Positions 17,095-26,826 of a DNA stretch of 32,237 nt are shown here, piece by piece; the stretch's first letter is position 1; each line of letters begins with the position of its first letter. The notes under the pieces were generated by a model that saw only the letters and a list, made by a program, of their open reading frames with translations, made no database searches and had not been told where the DNA came from. The translations under genes were made by a program, and so were the position numbers. Origin of the DNA: an uncultured Rikenellaceae bacterium (GTDB lineage Bacteria; Bacteroidota; Bacteroidia; Bacteroidales; VadinHA17); contig CAZTXH010000001.1 of the NCBI GenBank assembly GCA_964617415.1, forward strand, positions 13,692 to 45,928. The letters are read 5' to 3'.

Positions 17095-18803
17095 TTTTCT
17101 ATATTCTTCAAAAGATGAATTTTACTATTATCGAGCTTTAATGCTTTCTCCCAGAATATAATAGCCTGTTTACATTTCTTTCTTTTCATTAAAACATAAC
17201 CGTAATGTTCAAAATATTCAGCATCTTCGTCGCCGCTTTCAATAATTATCTTAAATACTTCTTCGGCTTCTTTAATTTTACCTCTTTTATATAATACCCA
17301 GCCATATGTGTCGAGAAATGTATTATTATCTCGTTCTTTTTCTATTACTTTTTTTGCCATAGCTTCCGCCTCTTTCAATTTCTTATCCTGTTCTGCCAGA
17401 TAATAAGCATAATTATTCAGTGTCATAAGGTCCTCCTTTCTTTTTGCCAGTGCTTCTTCAAATGTTTCAAATGCTTTATCATAATCTTTCATCCTGTAAT
17501 AGAGGTCTCCTTTCATTGAGAGCACCTGCATAATCATTTCATCATTGTTACCTGCAAGTATTGTAGCTTTACGCAATTCTTCCTCAGCTGTTTTGTAGTT
17601 TTCATTCTCCATTGCACCAGTTGCATATAATACTTTTGCCAGATATGATCTGTTAAACTTTGTGGCACATTCTTTTCCCCTTTCCTCCAGCTTGCGGAAG
17701 TTGCCTATATCCAGATAAAACAGCAGCAGTTTTTCAAAGGTAAAATAGTTATCCGGCTGTTTATTAATAATTTCTTCCATTAACTTTTCGGCCTCATCAT
17801 ACTTCATTTCCTGTATCAACACTTCTGGTCTTAATATTGGTACAACATGATCATCTCTATATTGAGCCTCAAGCACCATCAATGAAATTTTTAATTCATT
17901 TCCTTTTTGTTCTATAATCTCAGGTATCTCAATCATTCTCGCGAATAGCGCCAGTTTATCTTCCCTTTTTAACCTTTCATTCAGAATTATTTTATTAATC
18001 ACAAAAAATAGTCTATCATACTCTTTCTCATTTATCAGGAAATCGCATAAAGATAGCTGCGTTTGTGGATCATCAGGATTATTCTCTATCATTCTGTTAT
18101 ATACATCCAATGCCTTTTCATTCTCTCCAAGTCCCCTGTATATTTCAGCCAGAAGCCCATTGTATAAAATCTCATCCGGATATATTTCTATTATTGTATG
18201 TATCTTTTCAAGTGCCTCTTCATATCTTGATGCCCACATAAGATTCTGTACTGATGCCACAGTTGATGATCTGTTTATACCATATTCCTCATCAATACTT
18301 TCAAATATTTTTATTGCCTTTTCAAATTTTTTGTCTTCAGAATAGAGATTCCCTAGTGTAATCTTCATTCCTGTCCTTTCAGGGTAGTAACTAACCGCCT
18401 TTTCATAATAATATATTGCACTGTCAATCTTTTTTCCCTGGTAATATGTGTTTGCAATCATCATAAGGTACCAAAGGTTTTCCCTATCTATTTCAAGAGC
18501 CTTTTTTATATATTTTTTTCCTGATTTTATATTCCCATTTGCTATAAATATCTGCGCCATCTGGTAATATGTTGCATCACTCTCAGGTTTCAATTTTGCG
18601 CATTGCTCTAAAAATTTTAAAGCATTTCCGTTATTACCTGTCAATTTTAGTTTAATTGCCTCTACGTACAGTTGATCAAATGCCAACGAATCATATTCAC
18701 GTAGTCTTCTGTCTGTTAACGAAGGGCTAACCTGTCTTGAACATGAACTTATCATTACGATCACCCATATGATCGCAAAAAAAATATACTGACTTTTCTT
18801 CAT
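17082..18803 (-). CDS. tetratricopeptide (TPR) repeat protein with an N-terminal membrane or lipoprotein anchor
   Basis: 573 aa with a hydrophobic N-terminus ending in SSCS. Repeated 34-aa A/Y/L/P-patterned units run throughout (e.g. YYQMAQIFIANGNIKSGKKYIKKALEIDREN). Confidence 0.85.
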   Translation of the reverse strand: MKKSQYIFFAIIWVIVMISSCSRQVSPSLTDRRLREYDSLAFDQLYVEAIKLKLTGNNGNALKFLEQCAKLKPESDATYYQMAQIFIANGNIKSGKKYIKKALEIDRENLWYLMMIANTYYQGKKIDSAIYYYEKAVSYYPERTGMKITLGNLYSEDKKFEKAIKIFESIDEEYGINRSSTVASVQNLMWASRYEEALEKIHTIIEIYPDEILYNGLLAEIYRGLGENEKALDVYNRMIENNPDDPQTQLSLCDFLINEKEYDRLFFVINKIILNERLKREDKLALFARMIEIPEIIEQKGNELKISLMVLEAQYRDDHVVPILRPEVLIQEMKYDEAEKLMEEIINKQPDNYFTFEKLLLFYLDIGNFRKLEERGKECATKFNRSYLAKVLYATGAMENENYKTAEEELRKATILAGNNDEMIMQVLSMKGDLYYRMKDYDKAFETFEEALAKRKEDLMTLNNYAYYLAEQDKKLKEAEAMAKKVIEKERDNNTFLDTYGWVLYKRGKIKEAEEVFKIIIESGDEDAEYFEHYGYVLMKRKKCKQAIIFWEKALKLDNSKIHLLKNIEKCRR

Positions 18804-18805
18804 AA

Positions 18806-19240
18806 TTATTCCTTACCCGTGTGTCCGAATCCTCCTGAACCTCTTTTAGTATCTTTTAACTCGTTTGATTCAATCCATACTACTTTTTCGTGTTTCGATA
18901 TTATCATTTGACCTATTCTCTCACCATCTTTTACAATGAATTCTTCGTCCGACAGGTTTATCAATATTACACATACTTCTCCCCTGTAATCTGAATCAAT
19001 TGTGCCTGGCGAATTTAATATAGTTATTCCTTTATTTATAGCCAAACCGCTTCTTGGACGTATCTGAGCTTCATAACCAACTGGTATTTCAACAAATAAG
19101 CCTGTTGGTATTAACACTCTTTTTAATGGTTTCAATATAACTTCTTCATCAATATTTGCCCTAATATCCATCCCGGCAGATGATTCTGTTGAGTATGACG
19201 GAGTAGAATGTCTTGATCTGTTAACTATTCTTATTTTCAT
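18806..19240 (-). CDS. dut: dUTP diphosphatase
   Basis: 144 aa with [25 protein letters not shown] and the C-terminal [10 protein letters not shown] motif. Confidence 0.93.
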   Translation of the reverse strand: MKIRIVNRSRHSTPSYSTESSAGMDIRANIDEEVILKPLKRVLIPTGLFVEIPVGYEAQIRPRSGLAINKGITILNSPGTIDSDYRGEVCVILINLSDEEFIVKDGERIGQMIISKHEKVVWIESNELKDTKRGSGGFGHTGKE

Positions 19241-19242
19241 TA

Positions 19243-20712
19243 TTAACTCTTCTTGAAGAAAATTTGTATTGTCTTATCCTTATACTGTGCATATATTATA
19301 AACAATAAAATGAAAATTGTATTAATAACAAGCTCCCATACCAGGTTTTTATATATAATTATTCTACTAATCAGAACCATTCCAATAGCCATTGCAAAAT
19401 AAGGAATTAGTTCTTTCATATTATATTTAATCTTAAAGTGCTTTTCTGCAAAAATAAAAGACATTATTATCATTACAGCATAGGCTGCAACATGTGCCCA
19501 CGCAGATGCCATATAACCGTATAATGGAATTAAGGTAACATTTATAATAATCGTTATTATACTTCCTATCAATGTTATATATATTCCATATTTTGTAAGG
19601 TCATTCAGTTTATACCATATACTGTGATTTATATAGATACCATATAACAGGTAACCCATGCTTACTATTGGTACAATAATAATAGCGTCTCTGAAAGATT
19701 CACCTATTATGAACTTTGTTCCGGAAATATAAAGATTAATCAGCAAGTATATCAGCAACATAGCTATTACAAAATACTTCATTATATATGCATAACTCTC
19801 TTTTGCATTGTCTTTTTTTGCCCGTTCAAAAAAGAATGGTTCGGCTGCAAAACGGAACATTTGTATAAACAGTGCCATTAAAACTGCTATTTTATATCCG
19901 GCACCATATTCACCAACGATTGCCAGACCGTTTTCTTCACCTGTCATCCTTCTTAATATTACTTTATCGAGAGTATCATTTATTGATCCGCTCAATCCTG
20001 CAATAAGAAGTGGCATTGAATAAGTAATCATTCTTATCCATATATTCCTGTCAAATACAGGTTTTATATTTATCATGAAAGGCAGCAGCATTAAAAATGT
20101 TGCTATACTCCCAACAAGATTGGCCACAAATACATAGCCCACTCTATAATCTGGATCGTAAACTGACCTGAACCATCCATCACTTTTTTCATATATCCCC
20201 GGTGCTATCAGCAATAAAAAAAGTACTGTTGTTATAATTATAATAACGTTTGTTATTTTAATTATGCTGAATACTACTGCTTTCTTTTCTTTCCTCAGCC
20301 AGGCAAAAGGAATTGCTGTAAAAGCATCTATTGCAATAATAGCTGCAAACATTCTTATATAATCATGATTATCCCTGTAATTGAGTACAGTTGAAACCGG
20401 CTCTATAAATATATTTACCAGAATAATGAATAGTGCTGATGTTACAAAAAGGCTTAAGAGTGTAGTGCTATATACCTTATCGGCATCTTCTCTTTTCTGG
20501 GCGAATCTGAAGAAGCCTGTTTCCATACCATAGGTCAGTATTATCAAAAGAAACACCATCCATGCATATAATTCCGTTACAACACCATATTCAGCTTTTT
20601 CAAAAAACCGTGTGTAGAAAAAGGTCATTATTCCATAATTCAGAAACCTGGGAACTATTGTTCCAAATCCATATACAGCTGTTTGTTTTGCTAATGACCT
20701 GACTTCGTTCAC
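19243..20712 (-). CDS. MOP-superfamily (Wzx-like) polysaccharide/oligosaccharide flippase
   Basis: 489 aa with about 12-14 hydrophobic helices. The N-terminal [20 protein letters not shown] is typical of Bacteroidota polysaccharide biosynthesis proteins. After the upstream in-frame TAA, GTG at 20712 is the only start-type codon ahead of that conserved motif. Confidence 0.8.
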   Translation of the reverse strand: MNEVRSLAKQTAVYGFGTIVPRFLNYGIMTFFYTRFFEKAEYGVVTELYAWMVFLLIILTYGMETGFFRFAQKREDADKVYSTTLLSLFVTSALFIILVNIFIEPVSTVLNYRDNHDYIRMFAAIIAIDAFTAIPFAWLRKEKKAVVFSIIKITNVIIIITTVLFLLLIAPGIYEKSDGWFRSVYDPDYRVGYVFVANLVGSIATFLMLLPFMINIKPVFDRNIWIRMITYSMPLLIAGLSGSINDTLDKVILRRMTGEENGLAIVGEYGAGYKIAVLMALFIQMFRFAAEPFFFERAKKDNAKESYAYIMKYFVIAMLLIYLLINLYISGTKFIIGESFRDAIIIVPIVSMGYLLYGIYINHSIWYKLNDLTKYGIYITLIGSIITIIINVTLIPLYGYMASAWAHVAAYAVMIIMSFIFAEKHFKIKYNMKELIPYFAMAIGMVLISRIIIYKNLVWELVINTIFILLFIIYAQYKDKTIQIFFKKS

Positions 20713-20816
20713 TTTATATTATGTTCTTTTTCTTAATGCCCCGGTTGATTTTGCTGTTAAAGATCGTAAAACATGAAAAATGTCATATTTTAAAATTCAT
20801 TTCTTTCGGTATCGTC

Positions 20817-20824
20817 CAAAGTTA
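20817..20824 (-). promoter_or_regulatory. candidate -7 box (TAACTTTG on the minus strand) for the flippase-led gene string
   Basis: Exact TAnnTTTG match, ~105 nt upstream of the GTG at 20712. Confidence 0.35.
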
Positions 20825-20826
20825 AA

Positions 20827-20834
20827 TATCTTTG
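20827..20834 (+). promoter_or_regulatory. candidate -7 box (TATCTTTG) for the cyclophilin-pheS pair
   Basis: Exact TAnnTTTG match, 42 nt upstream of the ATG at 20877. Confidence 0.4.
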
Positions 20835-20876
20835 CTGTCAGAATTACAGAACGTTATTAACCAAATTTCAATATTC

Positions 20877-21692
20877 ATGAACAAAATCTTTTCAAGGATA
20901 TTTTCCCTTACTTTCTTTATTCTGTTTATTTCCTGCAGCACTCCCGATGGTAACGAAAATACTCTGGTTCTTATGAAAACCACTCTTGGTGATATTAAAT
21001 TAAAACTTTATGACGATACTCCTCTTCACCGTGATAATTTTATTAAACTGGTTAATTCAGATTTTTATGAAGGCATCTCCTTTCACAGGGTTATTGAGGG
21101 TTTCATGATCCAGGCCGGAGATCCTTTAACACGTTCTGTACAAATTGATAAATCTGCAGATTCACTTAACACTTATACTATCCCTTCTGAATTTCAAAAG
21201 CATCATTTTCATAAAAAAGGTGCGCTGGCTGCAGCCCGCGAAGGTAATGATATAAATCCTGATATGAGATCTTCCGGGACTCATTTTTACATAGTACAGG
21301 GTAAGAAATTCACCGATGATGAACTTTATCAGGCCGAGCAATTGATAAATAGTAATATCAGGCAGGCATTGTTCAACAAATATATCAGGCATTTTTCTGA
21401 CAGTGCACTTTTGTCAGGTGCTCAGCTTTCCGATAGTAAGATCCAGGAAAAAGCATCAGAAAAAATGTTTGATTATCTTACTACAGAGGGTTTTTATAGA
21501 ATTTCCGATGAGCAACGAGAAGTCTATAAAACAGCAGGAGGTGTTCCTCGTCTTGACGGTACATATACTGTTTTTGGTGAAGTAATATCGGGATTGGATG
21601 TTTTAGATAAAATAGCATCAGTAGAAACTGATAATGCAGACAAACCTCTTAATGATATTAAGATCCTCAAAATTAAAATTGTAAATAAATAA
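20877..21692 (+). CDS. cyclophilin-type peptidyl-prolyl cis-trans isomerase, lipoprotein
   Basis: The track ORF begins at TTG 20832. ATG 20877 gives MNKIFSRIFSLTFFILFISCS (lipobox). FHRVIEGFMIQAGDP and YTVFGEVISGLDVLDKI are cyclophilin motifs. Confidence 0.88.
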   Translation: MNKIFSRIFSLTFFILFISCSTPDGNENTLVLMKTTLGDIKLKLYDDTPLHRDNFIKLVNSDFYEGISFHRVIEGFMIQAGDPLTRSVQIDKSADSLNTYTIPSEFQKHHFHKKGALAAAREGNDINPDMRSSGTHFYIVQGKKFTDDELYQAEQLINSNIRQALFNKYIRHFSDSALLSGAQLSDSKIQEKASEKMFDYLTTEGFYRISDEQREVYKTAGGVPRLDGTYTVFGEVISGLDVLDKIASVETDNADKPLNDIKILKIKIVNK

Positions 21693-21719
21693 TTCTATTC
21701 TTTATTATATTATATTTTC

Positions 21720-22760
21720 ATGCTGGAAAAAATTAATCATCTTCTTACTGAAATCTCCTCATTGTCTGTCAAAACAAATGAAGAGCTCGAATCATTCCGT
21801 ATTGAATATCTAAGTAAAAAGGGTGTCATTTCAGAACTTTTCGAGGAATTCAGGAATGTTCCTGCAACAAGCAAAAAGGAGATAGGACAGAAGCTTAATG
21901 AATTGAAACAGAAAGCGCATGATAAGCTTAACATACTTCAGCACGAACTACAAACATCTGATATTCTATCTGTTACAGAAGATCTTACCCGTCCTTCCCA
22001 TCCATGGCCAAAAGGAACACGTCACCCCATATCGATAATAAGGAATGAGATAATAAATATCTTCGAATGTATTGGTTTTACCGTATCCGAAGGACCCGAG
22101 ATAGAGGATGATGATCATGTTTTCACCAGGCTTAATTTCGCACCGGAGCATCCGGCAAGAGATATGCAGGATACTTTCTATATTTCAAGATTATCAATTG
22201 ATGATTCTGATCCGCGTGATATTGTCTTACGCACACATACATCTTCCGTACAGGTACGTGTAATGGAGAACCAAAAGCCACCTCTCAGGACAATATCTCC
22301 CGGCCGTGTTTTTCGCAATGAAGCCATTTCTGCAAGAGCCCACTGTATTTTTCACCAGGTGGAGGGTCTGTATATTGATGAAAACGTATCTTTTGCCGAT
22401 CTGAAACAGACTCTTCTTTTTTTCGCACGTGAGATGTTCGGCAAAGAGACTGAAATACGTCTGAGACCTTCATATTTCCCATTCACAGAACCATCGGGAG
22501 AGATGGATATCAGCTGTAGTATATGTGGTGGTAGTGGCTGTAATGTATGTAAATATACCGGTTGGCTTGAGGTATTGGGTTGCGGGATGGTCCATCCGGC
22601 AGTCCTTGAAGCATGTAACATCGACAGCAGAAAATATACCGGGTTTGCTTTTGGAATGGGAATTGAAAGACCCGCCATGTTAAAATACCAGGTAAATGAT
22701 CTCAGACTATATTTTGAAAATGATATCAGGTTTCTTGAACAATTCAGAACAGCTTTTTAA
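21720..22760 (+). CDS. pheS: phenylalanine--tRNA ligase alpha subunit
   Basis: 346 aa with HPARDMQDTFY, the class II motif 2 FRNEAISARAHCIFHQVEG, and motif 3 GFAFGMGIERPAML. Confidence 0.94.
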   Translation: MLEKINHLLTEISSLSVKTNEELESFRIEYLSKKGVISELFEEFRNVPATSKKEIGQKLNELKQKAHDKLNILQHELQTSDILSVTEDLTRPSHPWPKGTRHPISIIRNEIINIFECIGFTVSEGPEIEDDDHVFTRLNFAPEHPARDMQDTFYISRLSIDDSDPRDIVLRTHTSSVQVRVMENQKPPLRTISPGRVFRNEAISARAHCIFHQVEGLYIDENVSFADLKQTLLFFAREMFGKETEIRLRPSYFPFTEPSGEMDISCSICGGSGCNVCKYTGWLEVLGCGMVHPAVLEACNIDSRKYTGFAFGMGIERPAMLKYQVNDLRLYFENDIRFLEQFRTAF

Positions 22761-22819
22761 ATATTTGAACATTTATATTCCATTTATTGTTAATCGTTTA
22801 TAAAAATCATTGAATAAAA

Positions 22820-23530
22820 ATGAAACAAGAGGAGGTTCCGGTTCCGTTTTGTGATAAATGTTCAATTAATACCGGATCATTATTCAGGCATCTTACACTA
22901 GATGAAGTCAACCTTCTCAATTATGAGAAGGATTTCCGTCAATATAAACGGGGCAAAATACTATATAATGAAGGTAGCAGGATAAGTGGATTTTATTGTA
23001 TACATAAAGGTATTATCAAGGTTTTTAAAACCGGTTTTGACGGTAAGGAACAAATAATACGTTTCGCAAAACCGGGAGATATAATAGCATACCGTAGTGT
23101 ATTAAGCAATGAGCCGGCGTGTACCACTGCCAAGGTCATAGAAGATTGCCAGGTATGCTTTATTCCTTCTGATATTCTTATTTCACTTGTAAAGACTAAT
23201 TCAACTTTTGCTTTTGAGCTTCTTAAACTGGCCTGTGAGGAGCTTGGTGAGGCAAATTCTTTTATTACTGACATAGCTCAAAAAACTGTTCGTGAGAGAC
23301 TTGCAGAGATACTTCTCCTGCTTGTGGATGATTTTGGCCTTGACGATCAGAATTACCTGAAAATATCACTCACACGTGAAGAACTGGCAAACATTGTTGG
23401 TACTGCCACTGAATCCGTGATCAGGCTTCTTTCCGAATTTAAATCTGATAAACTTGTTGAGCTGAATGGTAGAAAGATCAGGATACTGGATAAAAAAGGT
23501 CTTTTTAAGATCAGTAATGTATTCAATTAG
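22820..23530 (+). CDS. Crp/Fnr family transcriptional regulator
   Basis: 236 aa with a cNMP-binding beta-barrel (GSRISGFYCIHKGIIKV...GKEQIIRFAKPGDIIAY). The C-terminal HTH is LTREELANIVGTATESVIRLLSEF. Confidence 0.85.
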   Translation: MKQEEVPVPFCDKCSINTGSLFRHLTLDEVNLLNYEKDFRQYKRGKILYNEGSRISGFYCIHKGIIKVFKTGFDGKEQIIRFAKPGDIIAYRSVLSNEPACTTAKVIEDCQVCFIPSDILISLVKTNSTFAFELLKLACEELGEANSFITDIAQKTVRERLAEILLLLVDDFGLDDQNYLKISLTREELANIVGTATESVIRLLSEFKSDKLVELNGRKIRILDKKGLFKISNVFN

Positions 23531-23547
23531 CACTTTAGAGGATTAAT

Positions 23548-24570
23548 TCAAAAAAGAGATCCTGTCTTGTTATCAGGTATCTTTCCGAGATGCCGGTATG
23601 CATGTTCTGTGGCTTCTCTTCCACGTGGTGTTCTTTTCAGGAACCCCTCTTTAATAAGATACGGCTCATAAACCTCTTCTATCGTTCCGCTTTCTTCACC
23701 TACAGCAGTGGCTATAGTATTCATTCCCACCGGTCCTCCATTGAATTTATCAATAACAACTGAAAGTATCCTGTTATCCATTTCATCAAGTCCGTATCTA
23801 TCTATCTTCAGTGCATCAAGACCAAATTTTGTTATCTCAAGATCAATAGAACCAGATCCTTTGACCTGTGCAAAATCCCTTATTCTTCTCAGAAGTGCAT
23901 TTGCTATTCTGGGTGTTCCCCTGCTTCTCTTTGCTACTTCAACAGCTGCAGCATCTTCTATTTTGATATCAAGAATACCTGCTGATCTTTTTACTATACC
24001 TGTAAGAACATTATGATCATAGTATTCGAGGTGAAATTTTATACCAAATCTTGCTCTAAGCGGACTGGTTAATAGTCCCGATCTGGTTGTTGCACCAACA
24101 AGTGTAAATTTATTAAGGTTTAATTGTACAGATCTTGCACTGGGACCTTTATCAATCATTATATCTATCCGGAAATCTTCCATTGCTGAGTATAGATATT
24201 CCTCGACGACAGGACTCAGTCGATGTATTTCATCAATAAACAATACATCTCGCTCTTCAAGATTTGTCAGCAATCCTGCCAGGTCGCCGGGTTTATCAAG
24301 AACAGGACCTGATGTAATGCGTAGATTTACTTTCAATTCATTGGAAATAATATTGGCCAGGGTTGTTTTTCCAAGACCCGGCGGGCTATGCAGTAAAACA
24401 TGATCCAGTGATTCTCCTCTCTGTATTGCTGCCGTTACAAATACAACAAGATTGTCAACTATCTGTTTCTGTCCTTTAAAGTCATTGAAATATAATGGTC
24501 TGAGCTTACTCTCAAATTCTTTGTCTGTGGCTGTTATATTTTCTTTCCGGATATTAAAATTCTCATCCAT
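23548..24570 (-). CDS. ruvB: Holliday junction branch migration DNA helicase RuvB
   Basis: 340 aa with Walker [14 protein letters not shown], Walker [10 protein letters not shown], sensor [18 protein letters not shown] and [13 protein letters not shown]. Confidence 0.94.
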   Translation of the reverse strand: MDENFNIRKENITATDKEFESKLRPLYFNDFKGQKQIVDNLVVFVTAAIQRGESLDHVLLHSPPGLGKTTLANIISNELKVNLRITSGPVLDKPGDLAGLLTNLEERDVLFIDEIHRLSPVVEEYLYSAMEDFRIDIMIDKGPSARSVQLNLNKFTLVGATTRSGLLTSPLRARFGIKFHLEYYDHNVLTGIVKRSAGILDIKIEDAAAVEVAKRSRGTPRIANALLRRIRDFAQVKGSGSIDLEITKFGLDALKIDRYGLDEMDNRILSVVIDKFNGGPVGMNTIATAVGEESGTIEEVYEPYLIKEGFLKRTPRGREATEHAYRHLGKIPDNKTGSLF

Positions 24571-24582
24571 ATAATAAATCGT

Positions 24583-26139
24583 CTATTTTATCAGTTTAAC
24601 ATCTCTTTCGGGAAGATCGATTTTAACACCATTAATACTGACTTCAACATCATCTCTGTATGTAATTGTCAAAACTGTATTTCCTTCCTCATTATATTTT
24701 TTCCATGTCCTCTGACGTATACCCATCTGGTAATATTGTTCTTCTTTTATTTTTCCTGATTCATAATAGTAAAGGTGTTTTCTGTGTGGGTTCCCTTGTA
24801 CATAATTACCCCTGTATTTAATGGTTCCGTCTGGATAATATGATTTCCATTGTCCGTCTTTCAGACCAATAATATATTTCCCTTCCTCAGTATAATCGCC
24901 TGATGTATATTTCCATTGTCCGTTTTTCTCCCCGTCAGTGTATTGTCCCGAAACAATTATGCTTCCATCTCTTGCATATTCAGTATAGTAACCATCCCGA
25001 AAACCCCGGAAATACTCTTCCTCCCGTAGTATGGATCCGTCATTGTAATACCATTGCCACAATCCGTCGGGCCGACCGTTATTATATGATCCTGTTTGTT
25101 CTACTCTTGATGAATTATTATAGAATTTCCATAAACCGGTACGCCTGTTATTATTATAATTCCCTTCTGCTTTGATCTTACCATCCGGATAATAATCTTT
25201 ACACCTACCATTCCGATTTCCCGATTCATCTACAATCCCTTCAGTTAATAATAATCCATTGTCATTATATATAAAAGCATTGCTTACTCTTCCGTTTTCT
25301 CCGTATTCCCTGTGTACTCCAACAGGAACATTATTCCTATAGGGTCCGCTATATATAAGTATTCCACTGCTATCATATCTGTTTATAATCTCTATATCCG
25401 GTTCATCTTCAACTTCCGACTTAACAATAGCGCCGTTATCATAAAGCATAGTAAGAACAAGCCGTCCTTTCGTGTCATATTCTTTATAATATCCATGAAG
25501 CTGATCGTCCCTGTATGTCATTTCCCTTTTTATTGTTCCTCCCGGATAGAATTCTTTCCACTCTCCCTGTTTTAATCCCTTATTATCTTTCCTGTTAATT
25601 CTCTCCCTGCTTATAAGAAAATCATTATTATATTCATAAAGAGTTATTAAGTTGCCGTCTTTATCATATTCCTTTGACAGTCCCTCTTTTTTACCTGTGT
25701 TATATTTATATGTTTGTTTTATTTGACCGTCAGGAAAATATATATATGCTGTTCCCTCTTTCTTGTCTCCGGCATATAGTTCTCTAGACCATATATAAAG
25801 ACCTCTCGATGGGTCTTTTTTATATGTATAATAATAACCGTTTTTCTTACCAAACAGATAATTTATTTTATCAGTAGTATCACCAACCTGATCATAAAAC
25901 AACCAAATGCTGTCGAGCATAAAGCTTGTATATCTGCCCTCCGATCTTTTTACTCCTGTTATATAATAGTTTTTCCAGAATCCGTCAGGTTTTCCATTTT
26001 TCATAAATCCTTCACTTGATACACTTCCGTTTGGATACTTGAATACTTTGTAACCATCTTCAACTTCATCGTTTATCTGTCCGATTACATTTATACCAAC
26101 AGCAATAATGATGATTATAATAATTATTCTTTTTACCAT
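24583..26139 (-). CDS. MORN-variant (YwqK-like) repeat protein, secreted or anchored
   Basis: 518 aa with an N-terminal hydrophobic anchor. About 20 tandem ~23-aa units fit the pattern G.W..YY.NG......Y..G...G. Confidence 0.8.
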   Translation of the reverse strand: MVKRIIIIIIIIAVGINVIGQINDEVEDGYKVFKYPNGSVSSEGFMKNGKPDGFWKNYYITGVKRSEGRYTSFMLDSIWLFYDQVGDTTDKINYLFGKKNGYYYTYKKDPSRGLYIWSRELYAGDKKEGTAYIYFPDGQIKQTYKYNTGKKEGLSKEYDKDGNLITLYEYNNDFLISRERINRKDNKGLKQGEWKEFYPGGTIKREMTYRDDQLHGYYKEYDTKGRLVLTMLYDNGAIVKSEVEDEPDIEIINRYDSSGILIYSGPYRNNVPVGVHREYGENGRVSNAFIYNDNGLLLTEGIVDESGNRNGRCKDYYPDGKIKAEGNYNNNRRTGLWKFYNNSSRVEQTGSYNNGRPDGLWQWYYNDGSILREEEYFRGFRDGYYTEYARDGSIIVSGQYTDGEKNGQWKYTSGDYTEEGKYIIGLKDGQWKSYYPDGTIKYRGNYVQGNPHRKHLYYYESGKIKEEQYYQMGIRQRTWKKYNEEGNTVLTITYRDDVEVSINGVKIDLPERDVKLIK

Positions 26140-26356
26140 TTACAGACCGAGTTTATTCGATATTTCTATCATTTGTTTAATCGTTTTTTTTGCTGCTTTT
26201 ATTATATCGTCTTCGATAAAAATTTCAGGTTTCTCATTTTTCAGACAATAATAAATCTTCTCCATTTTCAGGAGCAAGGATTTTGGCTGTTTCAGTCATG
26301 AATTTTACACCAGCAAAGAGAATTGTAATAGCTTCTATATAGTCCAAGTAAATCAT
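26140..26356 (-). pseudogene. nadA: relic of quinolinate synthase (nadA): an N-terminal fragment and the C-terminal tail in different frames, middle deleted
   Basis: Two sub-threshold minus-strand ORFs. 26356..26234 reads MIYLDYIEAITILFAGVKFMTETAKILAPENGEDLLLSEK*. 26265..26140 reads MEKIYYCLKNEKPEIFIEDDIIKAAKKTIKQMIEISNKLGL*. FAGVKFMTETAKIL and the ...PEI.I.DDI..KA...I..M.EI tail match my recollection of NadA. Confidence 0.5.
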
Positions 26357-26826
26357 TTTTAAATGATGTAAAGTTAACATCATAAAACATAATATATTAT
26401 TTTATTTATATCTATTTATAATGCTTATATTCTGTTAAAAGTGTTTGTAAAAAAATACGATTTTTATTGTAATTTTTATAATTATCATTATACGAACATC
26501 ATATTAACTGATTAAATAAAATACCTGAATTGTAAATCAGGATGTTATTCATAATATTAACAATTGTTAAGATTGATTTGTTGATACATGAAAAAGAACA
26601 AATGTATACCTTTTGCTGTTTATTAGGAGTTCAGATTATGATATTAATTAATGATAAAAATTAATTATTAGAAAGATTTATTGAAATAACGGTAATATTA
26701 ATTAATTAAGCCGGATTTATTAATTACAATTAACATATTTAATAACATGCTAAACAAAAGAAATTAACAACCAGTAATAAGATATATTAATACTTTGTAT
26801 ATTAACAGGATATTTAATGAAATCTG

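Noticed and set aside
24583-26139. MORN/YwqK-repeat protein as a toxin-antitoxin or immunity component.
   Set aside because: There is no adjacent toxin-like ORF. The protein is a 518-aa anchored repeat protein, flanked by ruvB and a nadA relic.
26357-26826. The AT-rich spacer as a CRISPR array, replication origin or mobile-element scar.
   Set aside because: It has no regularly spaced repeats of 25-40 nt and no DnaA-box-like TTATCCACA motifs. No dnaA/dnaN lies nearby, and there are no terminal inverted repeats or integrase/transposase fragments.
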